This document shows positions 19,104 through 26,897 of a DNA stretch of 32,834 bases, piece after piece. The position numbers were made by a program, and so were the translations under genes. The notes beneath the pieces were generated by a model. That model saw only the letters and a list, made by a program, of their open reading frames with translations. It was not told the DNA's origin and searched no databases. This stretch comes from Candidatus Heimdallarchaeota archaeon (lineage in GTDB: Archaea; Asgardarchaeota; Heimdallarchaeia; Hodarchaeales; Hodarchaeaceae), in the NCBI GenBank assembly GCA_020353515.1, contig CP070695.1, positions 93,956 through 126,789 of the forward strand. Reading direction: 5' to 3'. How positions within the stretch are numbered: position 1 is the first letter of the stretch; every line of letters begins with the position of its first letter.

Positions 19104-19436
19104 TTGGAAATCAATCCCCTTAAGCATTTTGAAAAGGAATATGCTCTTCTAATCCTCCAATACCTCCATTTGAACCCTAATGGACGAACATTGGAGCAAA
19201 TTTATTCCTCAATTGAACATCAGGCCTCTCCTTCAACAGTCAAGTCTAGGATAGATGTCCTTCTTGACCTTGATTTAATTTACAAGATTCGAGGAAACGA
19301 AGAGTTTGAGGTACTCTATGCCCTAACCGAACGGGGAAGATGTGCGAGTGAGGTTGTTTGGGATCTGTTCAGAATTATTTTGAATCCACATGATAGTAAA
19401 AGAGACGATAGTGGTCTTATCGATTTCTATCGTTAA
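19104..19436 (+). CDS. Winged helix-turn-helix transcriptional regulator (HxlR/MarR-like)
   Basis: KEYALLILQYL, SPSTVKSRIDVLLDLDLI, VLYALTERGR (Y.LTE.G wing motif). Confidence 0.8.
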   Translation: MEINPLKHFEKEYALLILQYLHLNPNGRTLEQIYSSIEHQASPSTVKSRIDVLLDLDLIYKIRGNEEFEVLYALTERGRCASEVVWDLFRIILNPHDSKRDDSGLIDFYR

Positions 19437-19529
19437 AAACTGGTCACACATCTTATGACTCTTTCTATTTACTTTAATCTTCCCAAAATTTCATATTGAT
19501 TAACTATTACCTCCCATAGGGGATTATCC

Positions 19530-20537
19530 ATGTCCGTTGTTCCTGAAAAAATGCAGAACCTCCTTAAAAAACAAAAGTATCAACTTTCTGGGAAGAATAC
19601 GGCTGTTAAAAAATGTAATTGGACTCATAATGCTTTAAGAGAAAATCGTCTTTGTTATAAGCGTTTTTATGGAATTCAATCTCACAGATGCATTCAATTT
19701 TCACCCACGTTAATCTGTAATTTTTCGTGTCAGTTTTGTTGGCGAATCCATGAATCTGACCTTGGTTTAAGAAATATGTTTATGGATTATGATCCCAGTG
19801 ACCATAAAAAGATCACAAATATGTTCGACACTCCAGAAACGGTTGTTAATGGTATTCTAGAAGGCCAACGAAAAATTATATGTGGATATAAGCCATACGT
19901 GGACCCTATGAAATATAATGAGGCTATGAATCCTCAACATGCTACCATGAGTTTAACTGGAGAACCATTTCTTTATCCGTGGATTCCAGAATTAATTCAA
20001 GAATTAAAAAAACATAAAATGACAGTTTTTATTGTATCAAACGGGAGTATTCCAAGAACTTTACAAGCTATTTTAGAAACAAAGCAGTATCCCACCCAAC
20101 TTTACATCACTCTACCTGCTCCTGGAAAAAAGAATTTTTATCGAACACATCGTCCTCTAGAAAAGGACATTACATTAAACCGGATTTGGGAAACATTGAA
20201 AATAATTGGGAAGAGTGTTCCATTCAGAACAGTTGCCCGTTTAACCCTCGCTGAAGGTTTAAATTTGATCAATCCTTCTGGATATGCTGAAATGATCAGA
20301 ACTATGAAACCGTCATTTATTGAGGTTAAAGGTGTTGTTCACGTGGGCGCTACTGAAAAAAGAATTCCACGATCAGCAATGCCATCTCACGAACGAATCT
20401 ATTCTTTTTCTCAAGAAGTAGAGAGTTTAACTGATTATAAAATAGTTAGAGAATCTGATGTAAGTCGTTTGGTGATCTTATCTAATGATAAGACTCCCTT
20501 AATGATCCCTGAACTAAAAAAATCAACAAAAAATTAA
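19530..20537 (+). CDS. taw1: tRNA 4-demethylwyosine (imG-14) synthase, radical SAM
   Basis: AVKKCNWT, CYKRFYGIQSHRCIQFSP, CNFSCQFCWR (CxxxCxxC), SLTGEPFLYP, PTQLYITL, FIEVKG. Stand-alone archaeal form lacking the eukaryotic flavodoxin domain. Confidence 0.95.
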   Translation: MSVVPEKMQNLLKKQKYQLSGKNTAVKKCNWTHNALRENRLCYKRFYGIQSHRCIQFSPTLICNFSCQFCWRIHESDLGLRNMFMDYDPSDHKKITNMFDTPETVVNGILEGQRKIICGYKPYVDPMKYNEAMNPQHATMSLTGEPFLYPWIPELIQELKKHKMTVFIVSNGSIPRTLQAILETKQYPTQLYITLPAPGKKNFYRTHRPLEKDITLNRIWETLKIIGKSVPFRTVARLTLAEGLNLINPSGYAEMIRTMKPSFIEVKGVVHVGATEKRIPRSAMPSHERIYSFSQEVESLTDYKIVRESDVSRLVILSNDKTPLMIPELKKSTKN

Positions 20538-20765
20538 CCACTGATTGAAAAAATATATAACATCCTTTTTTAAAGAATAGGTTACATGATCAAATAAAAG
20601 TGTGTCATTTTATTCAGGAAATCTAAGAATTCTGTGAACTCGAAACCTATGAAAGAGATACTTTCGTTTTCCGTCTCTTCATAATTCCCGAGGTTTTATG
20701 GATAATTAATGACGATTTTAAGGTTTAATAATATTGAATAGATAATTGACACAGGTGTTAACAAG

Positions 20766-20966
20766 ATGAAACTTGCAGAAAAAACAATTGATTCAATAAC
20801 ACGGTTAAAATTAAAATCTGGAACAGCAATTGAAATTCACTTAATTACTCAAGATGAAGATATCAATCGATTAATTATCGAAAAAGGTGATGAAAGTCTT
20901 TCACTTGACCAGGAAGAGATTTCAGATTTTATTTCCTTGTTCAATGACTTCTTAGAAAGTATGTAG
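20766..20966 (+). CDS. Small acidic hypothetical protein, predicted beta4-alpha (PC4/PUR-like) domain
   Basis: 66 aa, ATG preceded by AGGTG and a TTTAATA box. Alternating-hydrophobic strands lead to SLSLDQEEISDFISLF. Similar to the N-terminus of the next gene. Confidence 0.7.
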   Translation: MKLAEKTIDSITRLKLKSGTAIEIHLITQDEDINRLIIEKGDESLSLDQEEISDFISLFNDFLESM

Positions 20967-20988
20967 GTTTAAGAGGAGCTGTATTTCC

Positions 20989-21999
20989 TTGGAAATTGAA
21001 TACCAAAATAAATATGTAGTCACATGGTGTTTAGATCGTAAAGGATCTCGTATTTGCTTGCAAGCTACAACAACGGAAAATAAACTGCGAAAAATTGGTA
21101 TTATTAGCGAGGGTTTCAATTTAGAACTAGATGATGCAGAAGCTATAGATTTTCTGAACATTATAAGTCAAATTGCTGCATCAACTCAATTTGTTCCACA
21201 TAAGGTTGTTCCGATTGAACAGGAAAGTCCTCCTGAAGTAAAGGAAGAGATTTCTCCAGAATTCATACCTCCCCTTGAGGAACCTACCATTCCAGAGGTT
21301 ATTCCTAAAGTAGAAGAACCTATAGCTCCTGAGGTTCCTGATTCTTCTGAAATCATTCAAATTCTGAAAGAATCAGAGCGTACATATGCTGAAATCACTC
21401 CTAGTTCTCCAGATGATGTTTCTGTTGAGGTTCCTCCTGAAGTGGTAGAAACCACACCAATATCTTATGAGACTGAAGAGGAAATAGTTAAAGAAATTCC
21501 CGAAACTGAATCACTTCCAAGTCAAGAGGAATCCGAGGTAACAAGACAAGAAATTGAAACTGCATCTTTCTTTCAACAATCTGTATCAAAAAGCCCCCTT
21601 GAAATGTTACTTGAAGAAGATGAGGGAGAGAAAGAGGAGGAGGATGTTTCAGACGTTCCTTCAATATCCCATCCTGAGGTTGAAGATTATACGCCTCCCA
21701 TAGAATCTAAGAAAACTTATTCTCCTGATGACCTTGAAACTGAAGCATTCTTTAGTAAATTCGATACAAAAAGAACAATAGATCTTTTACAAAGACCTGA
21801 ACCTGAACCTAAGCTTGAACCTGAACCCGAGCCTGAACCCGAAGCTAAGCCTGAGTATAAAAGGGCGGTTCAATTAGAACCTACTCCGCAGTTCGTGAAA
21901 AGAGAGCCCGTCAAGACTGAAGCTGAGAGAAGAGCCGAAATTGAAAAAGAGAGAGCTGAAAGAAGAAGACGATTGTGGGAATTGACACGAGGATTCTAA
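20989..21999 (+). CDS. Hypothetical protein: N-terminal beta4-alpha domain, long acidic Pro/Glu-rich disordered region, basic C-terminal helix
   Basis: 336 aa, TTG start after GAGGAG. About aa 1-65 globular, 66-305 low complexity, C-terminus KTEAERRAEIEKERAERRRRLWELTRGF. Confidence 0.85.
   Translation: MEIEYQNKYVVTWCLDRKGSRICLQATTTENKLRKIGIISEGFNLELDDAEAIDFLNIISQIAASTQFVPHKVVPIEQESPPEVKEEISPEFIPPLEEPTIPEVIPKVEEPIAPEVPDSSEIIQILKESERTYAEITPSSPDDVSVEVPPEVVETTPISYETEEEIVKEIPETESLPSQEESEVTRQEIETASFFQQSVSKSPLEMLLEEDEGEKEEEDVSDVPSISHPEVEDYTPPIESKKTYSPDDLETEAFFSKFDTKRTIDLLQRPEPEPKLEPEPEPEPEAKPEYKRAVQLEPTPQFVKREPVKTEAERRAEIEKERAERRRRLWELTRGF
21796..21855 (+). repeat. Coding Pro-Glu repeat
   Basis: [20 protein letters not shown] encoded by cctgaa/cccgag units. 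Confidence 0.8.
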
Positions 22000-22010
22000 T
22001 TCATATTCTA

Positions 22011-22030
22011 CCATTTTTCTTTTTTCCTCT
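22011..22030 (+). terminator. Oligo-T tract after the 336-aa gene
   Basis: ccatttttcttttttcctct 12 nt after TAA 21999. Confidence 0.45.
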
Positions 22031-22054
22031 AAACTGACGAGAGTTCTTTTAAAA

Positions 22055-22702
22055 ATGGAAACCTCAAGAATACCTATTTCTGCAATCATTTTTGACGCGG
22101 GGGATGTTCTTGTCCATAAGATTCCAAACGATCAAGTCAAAGTTTGGAATGAGTTTCTAGTTCACTTCAATAACTCAAAAATAGATCCTCAGATATGTTT
22201 TGCCGAATTGTATGAAAAAGTTCGAACTTTGGGCTCTGATTTCAAGTTTAAACATGTTTCACTCAACTTAATAGGACCAGAAATCGAAATTTCTTTAATT
22301 GAAGAATATGAAATCCAAAAATGGTGGCAAAACCCTGATCCTCATCTTGTTAAAATGGTGTCTAAATTAGAAATAATTGGATATAAAATTGGCATCTTAA
22401 CAGATAGTGCTCTTCCTTCTACAAAAATCCGTAAGGTTTTATTTCAAATATCACCATTTATTAATCAGATAGTGTCTTCACGTGACATCGGAGTAATGAA
22501 ACCTGAAAAGGAAATGTATTCCAAAATATTATCAGACCTTGAAATACCACCTAATAAGGCTTTATTCATTGCCCATGATCCTGATGAAATAAGTGGAGCA
22601 TTAGAATCAGGACTGTTCTGTGAAAATTTTGAGTTAATTGGTGATTTGAATAAATTACTTGAAGTAATTCAAAGGAAATATATTTTGGCAAAAATGGTGT
22701 AA
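22055..22702 (+). CDS. HAD-superfamily hydrolase (subfamily IA-like)
   Basis: IIFDAGDVL (motif I), ILTDS (II), VMKPEKEMY (III), FIAHDPDEISGA (variant IV). Confidence 0.85.
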   Translation: METSRIPISAIIFDAGDVLVHKIPNDQVKVWNEFLVHFNNSKIDPQICFAELYEKVRTLGSDFKFKHVSLNLIGPEIEISLIEEYEIQKWWQNPDPHLVKMVSKLEIIGYKIGILTDSALPSTKIRKVLFQISPFINQIVSSRDIGVMKPEKEMYSKILSDLEIPPNKALFIAHDPDEISGALESGLFCENFELIGDLNKLLEVIQRKYILAKMV

Positions 22703-22707
22703 GAATC

Positions 22708-23904
22708 TTGTCTATTAAGCAAAAAAAAGTGCCTTTTGTAGCAGTATTACATGCATATCAGCCCCCTACTCAAGAAGCGAATATTCTCGATCGGATTGTG
22801 AAAAAATGCTATTTACCAGTAGCACAAGCCTTACAAAATAATCCTGATCTTAAAATTACTCTAAATATAAACGCTAGTCTCACAGAGATGCTAGAAGACG
22901 ATTACCTAATCGTGATTGAAAAATATGCAGAGCTGGCACGGAATGGTCAGATTGAATTTCTAGATTCAGGAGCTTATCATCCTATTCTACCACTTATTTC
23001 TCAAAGAGAAGCAAGAAAGCAAATTACAATGAATAAAAAGATTAATTCTCGAATTTTTGGCTCTATTTGGAAACCTGAGGGTTTTTGGCCCCCTGAACTT
23101 GCTGTGTCTGAAACTGTTGCGACCTTAGTTGAATCCCTCGGATATAGGCATATGATCGTTCCAGAAATAGCTATTAGCTCGAATTCCCCTTTTCCAACTC
23201 CGTTGCTAACAAGATTGCCTATCCATCCGAGTGCACCCAACCTTTTCCTTATTAACCGTAATCGTGATGTTTCAAACAATATTTCATTTCGAAGATATGC
23301 TACAATCCAGAACGCCTTAGAACATTTTATCCAATTAACTACAGTTCAACCTGAAGGGGTATTAGTCTATGCAGCTGACTTAGAAACATTTGGAGAACAC
23401 CATCGTCAATATGAGAAATTTTTAATTCAATTACTCCAATTAACTGATTCACGAACTATCTCTGATCTTACAAATTTGCCAAGTCAACCCATTGTGGAGT
23501 TTCGTAGTAGTAGTTGGAGCACCTCTGAGGAAGATCTTTATCGAGATATTCCTTTTCCTCTTTGGGCATATCCAGGCAATAGTATTCATGAGTTATTGAA
23601 CTTTCATTCAGATTTACTTTCAGAGACTCTTGAATTTTTATTATTTAAGAAGGATGAGACTGAATACGAGGTTAAAATGGCGTTACAAGCTGTTGCTAAA
23701 GCCCAACATTCATGTCAAACATGGTGGGCTTCGACTAAAGACCATTTTAGCAAAGAATTGATCCAAAAAGGATTTGATGCCCAAAGATCCGCACTAGATC
23801 TTACATTAATGGCAATTGGATCAGAGAGTGAACATACTATACCAAAAGGTGTATCTGATCGCATTAGTAGGCGATTGCAGCGATATTTATCTCGTATTCG
23901 ATAA
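22708..23904 (+). CDS. Glycoside hydrolase family 57 protein
   Basis: LHAYQP, EFLDSGAYHPILPL, GFWPPELA (nucleophile E), ADLETFGEH (acid/base D), SSWS. Confidence 0.92.
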   Translation: MSIKQKKVPFVAVLHAYQPPTQEANILDRIVKKCYLPVAQALQNNPDLKITLNINASLTEMLEDDYLIVIEKYAELARNGQIEFLDSGAYHPILPLISQREARKQITMNKKINSRIFGSIWKPEGFWPPELAVSETVATLVESLGYRHMIVPEIAISSNSPFPTPLLTRLPIHPSAPNLFLINRNRDVSNNISFRRYATIQNALEHFIQLTTVQPEGVLVYAADLETFGEHHRQYEKFLIQLLQLTDSRTISDLTNLPSQPIVEFRSSSWSTSEEDLYRDIPFPLWAYPGNSIHELLNFHSDLLSETLEFLLFKKDETEYEVKMALQAVAKAQHSCQTWWASTKDHFSKELIQKGFDAQRSALDLTLMAIGSESEHTIPKGVSDRISRRLQRYLSRIR

Positions 23905-23933
23905 AACTGATAACATCGAAGGAGACAATCCTT

Positions 23934-25271
23934 ATGAGAGCAGAGATACTTCTCCAAGAGTTAATACAATTTAATACAATAAATGATCCTGCAAATGATA
24001 TTTTCCCTGAACCTGATATTATAGAATATATTCAAGAAGTAATACAAGCTTGGAATCCTAATCTCAAGACTGAGATATTGGAAAGTCAAGGATATTCTTC
24101 AATATATTTAGCATATGATCCAAAGAAAGTTGATATCCTTTTCATGGGGCATCTTGATGTGGTTCCCGTTAGTGAAGGGTGGGCATCAGATCCATTCACT
24201 CTGAAAATCGAATCAGGCTTAGGATATGGTCGTGGTTCTAAAGATTGTAAGGGTTCAGTAGTTTCAGCATTAATTATGTTAGAAAAACTGTGCAAAGAAT
24301 CTAATCCTATTTTGAAACATCTTGGATTCTTTTTTTCAACCGATGAGGAAATTGGTGGACGCAATGGAGCCTTTTATTTCTTCAATCATCTTTCCAAAAA
24401 GAAAACTCTACCTAAATACGTAATTAACGTCGATGGGGGCCCTCGAGCAGTTCATAAACGACGTGCTGGATTTGGGGTGAAAATTAATCTTCCTCCCAAA
24501 ATTATTCGTTCTACTGGACATGAACAAAGTCAGAAGTGTTATACACGTATCCTTGGAGACGATAACCGCCACAGTGCTTATTTTGTACGGGGTTCTGATA
24601 CACATTCTGTCGTAGCCCTTTCAAAGTTACTTCATCTCCATCGGGATTGGGTAGTGAAAGGAATTGATGGGCCTTGGATAAAGGGAAATGTCATACCTGA
24701 TCATGTTGAAGCCTCTATCATTCAACTCACAAAAGAATTAGACTCGAGAAAAGTAACTTATGATGACAATCTTACAAGAATACTACGGAAAATCCGTAGC
24801 ATAGTATTAATCGACATACCTACGGAATTTTCCAGCGAATTTGGCGTTTCTGTAAATCCAAATATTATATCCTATTCTTCTACTAAAGGAACCGAAGTTT
24901 ATTTTGATGTTAGAGCATTTCTCTCCTCTGAAAAGATAAAGGTTCTAGTCAACGCTTTTAAACAACGATTAGAAGAGCTTGCTACGGAAGCGATAATTTC
25001 TTGTCCTGGTTCATCAGGATATTTTCACACTCCGATAGATGATCTACTTGTAAAGACCGCTTCAAAAGTTTTAAAGAAGTACTCATTACCATCAGACCCT
25101 TGTGAACAGGAAGGAGCATCCGATGCCCGTTATACTTCAGGTATTCCAGTAATTGATTTAGGTCCAAAAGGAGGAAACATCCACGGAAGTAATGAGTTCA
25201 TTGATTTAGCTTCTATGAAGCAATTTGCCACTATTTATGAAGAGATAGTAATGCGTCTTCTCACCTCTTAG
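23934..25271 (+). CDS. M20/M25/M40 metallopeptidase (ArgE/DapE-like)
   Basis: GHLDVVP, GRGSKDCKG, STDEEIGG, GASDARY, NIHGSNEF. Confidence 0.9.
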   Translation: MRAEILLQELIQFNTINDPANDIFPEPDIIEYIQEVIQAWNPNLKTEILESQGYSSIYLAYDPKKVDILFMGHLDVVPVSEGWASDPFTLKIESGLGYGRGSKDCKGSVVSALIMLEKLCKESNPILKHLGFFFSTDEEIGGRNGAFYFFNHLSKKKTLPKYVINVDGGPRAVHKRRAGFGVKINLPPKIIRSTGHEQSQKCYTRILGDDNRHSAYFVRGSDTHSVVALSKLLHLHRDWVVKGIDGPWIKGNVIPDHVEASIIQLTKELDSRKVTYDDNLTRILRKIRSIVLIDIPTEFSSEFGVSVNPNIISYSSTKGTEVYFDVRAFLSSEKIKVLVNAFKQRLEELATEAIISCPGSSGYFHTPIDDLLVKTASKVLKKYSLPSDPCEQEGASDARYTSGIPVIDLGPKGGNIHGSNEFIDLASMKQFATIYEEIVMRLLTS

Positions 25272-25339
25272 TGCGTCTGTAGAATTCAACTTAAGAAAAT
25301 ATCAAATCCTTTTTATTACCTTTTTACTCCGTCATTATT

Positions 25340-26248
25340 ATGATTCGAGTCGCAGGGATTCAAATAGCACCTGTTTTTCTTGATGCCCAGAAAACTTGGG
25401 AAAAATTAACCTCATTTATTCGGGAAGCTAAATCCGATGGTGCAATGTTGGCAACTTGGGGAGAAGCTTTAATTCCAGGTTATCCGATTTGGCTTTCTCC
25501 TTCATGTGGATCTAAATTCAACGATTCACAACAAAAACTCGCTTATAGAAAATACTGGGAACAATCGATTTATCTGGAAGATAGTCAGATTCTCTTTGAA
25601 ATGAAACTTCTGGCCAAAGAGTTAGAAATGATGTTCATTGGAGGAGTCGCTGAAAAATTCGGAGGGTCAATATATTGTACTCTGGTTTTTATAGATCAAA
25701 ACGGGGAACTTATTGGCCGACATAGAAAAATTAAACCTACATATGAGGAACGTTTAGTTTGGGCTGATGGTGATGGTTTAGGATTAAAAACACACCCCAT
25801 TGGTGGGATCAGAATAGGTGGTTTGAACTGTTGGGAGAATTGGTTACCTATGGCAAGAGCTGCCTTACATTTACAAGAGGAGACAATTCATGTTGCAGTA
25901 TGGCCTGGAAGTCTAGGTCTAACCCAGGACATTACTCGTTTTATTGCTCTTGAAGGACGTTCTTGGGTCATGTCAACTTCTGGTTTGTTGCAACCAATGG
26001 ATTTCTCTCATTTAAAAGAATCTGAATTCCCGATGAAAGGTATTATGGAATCACATTCGGAAAGTTGGCAAAATGGGGGATCTATGATTGTCGATCCGAC
26101 AGGAAAGATAATAGCAGGGCCTTTAGTTGATAAAGAAGGTATAATATATGCTAATGTTGATCCGTTAGTAGCAATTGAAGAAAGACAAAACTTTGATATA
26201 AGTGGGCATTATTCTCGATTTGATATCTTTAACAAGCCATTATCTTGA
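25340..26248 (+). CDS. Nitrilase (class 1 of the carbon-nitrogen hydrolase family)
   Basis: GEALIPGYPIW (E), HRKIKPTYEERLVW (K), LNCWENWLPMAR (C), FDISGHYSRFD. Confidence 0.92.
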   Translation: MIRVAGIQIAPVFLDAQKTWEKLTSFIREAKSDGAMLATWGEALIPGYPIWLSPSCGSKFNDSQQKLAYRKYWEQSIYLEDSQILFEMKLLAKELEMMFIGGVAEKFGGSIYCTLVFIDQNGELIGRHRKIKPTYEERLVWADGDGLGLKTHPIGGIRIGGLNCWENWLPMARAALHLQEETIHVAVWPGSLGLTQDITRFIALEGRSWVMSTSGLLQPMDFSHLKESEFPMKGIMESHSESWQNGGSMIVDPTGKIIAGPLVDKEGIIYANVDPLVAIEERQNFDISGHYSRFDIFNKPLS

Positions 26249-26274
26249 TTATTGTTGGATGAGGTGAACTGTCA

Positions 26275-26571
26275 TTGAAAATTAAGCAAAAAAAAATTGC
26301 GAAAGAAAAAGTAGATATTTCTAACTGGAGTTCTTGGGGTTGTGAACCCTCCACTTTCGATTGGGAATATAATGAGGATGAAACAGCCTATGTATTCGAA
26401 GGTAAGGTTATTGTGAAGACCCCAAATGAGGAAGTTGAATTAAAGGGCGGATTGCTAGTACAATTTCCTAAAGGACTAAAGTGTACTTGGAACGTGATTG
26501 AACCTATACGTAAAGTTTATACCTTTCAGAAATTTGATTGGGCTGCTTGGGAAAAATCTTTAGAAGACTAA
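26275..26571 (+). CDS. Cupin_3 / DUF861 (EutQ-like) cupin protein
   Basis: WGCEPSTFDWEYNEDETAYVFEGKVIV...LVQFPKGLKCTWNVIEPIRKVY; GAGGTGA RBS. Confidence 0.9.
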   Translation: MKIKQKKIAKEKVDISNWSSWGCEPSTFDWEYNEDETAYVFEGKVIVKTPNEEVELKGGLLVQFPKGLKCTWNVIEPIRKVYTFQKFDWAAWEKSLED

Positions 26572-26827
26572 TTTTCTATTTCTGAGGGTATAACTTCCTC
26601 TTTCGTCTCTAGTTCTTCCGCGAGTCTTTATTTTTTTCTAGGATTTAGAACTCGTCCACAATGGATACAAACAAGGTATTTAATCCTCCAACTGCCTCAC
26701 AATATTTCAACTTTGCCTTCTCTTCACTTTTTATTATTCTTAATGCTTTAGGTGAGAATTAGAACTTAATCAAAATAGAGGTTTTGCAATCAGCTAGGAG
26801 ATTTTCAAATTTGGTTGAATTTTTCAT
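26568..26827 (-). pseudogene. Possible decayed small gene with a CxxC zinc-ribbon knuckle
   Basis: Minus-strand reading MKNSTKFENLLADCKTSILIKF*FSPKALRIIKSEEKAKLKYCEAVGGL/(frameshift)KYLVCIHCGRVLNPRKK*RLAEELETKEEVIPSEIEN*. Its final TAG overlaps the cupin stop codon. Confidence 0.25.
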
Positions 26828-26897
26828 GAAAGAAGATTTAAATTTTTACAAGATATAGATAAGATCTGAAAATTAAGATTAACAAGATGACCTTTCT

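Noticed and set aside
20637-20695. Hairpin as a SECIS element
   Set aside because: The AUGA pairs Watson-Crick with UCAU instead of forming the GA/GA quartet, and no UGA-interrupted selenoprotein candidate was seen; the Fe-S proteins use ordinary Cys codons.
20964-20991. TAG read-through (pyrrolysine) fusing the 66-aa and 336-aa genes
   Set aside because: The ORFs are in different frames and the second has its own GAGGAG RBS and TTG start.
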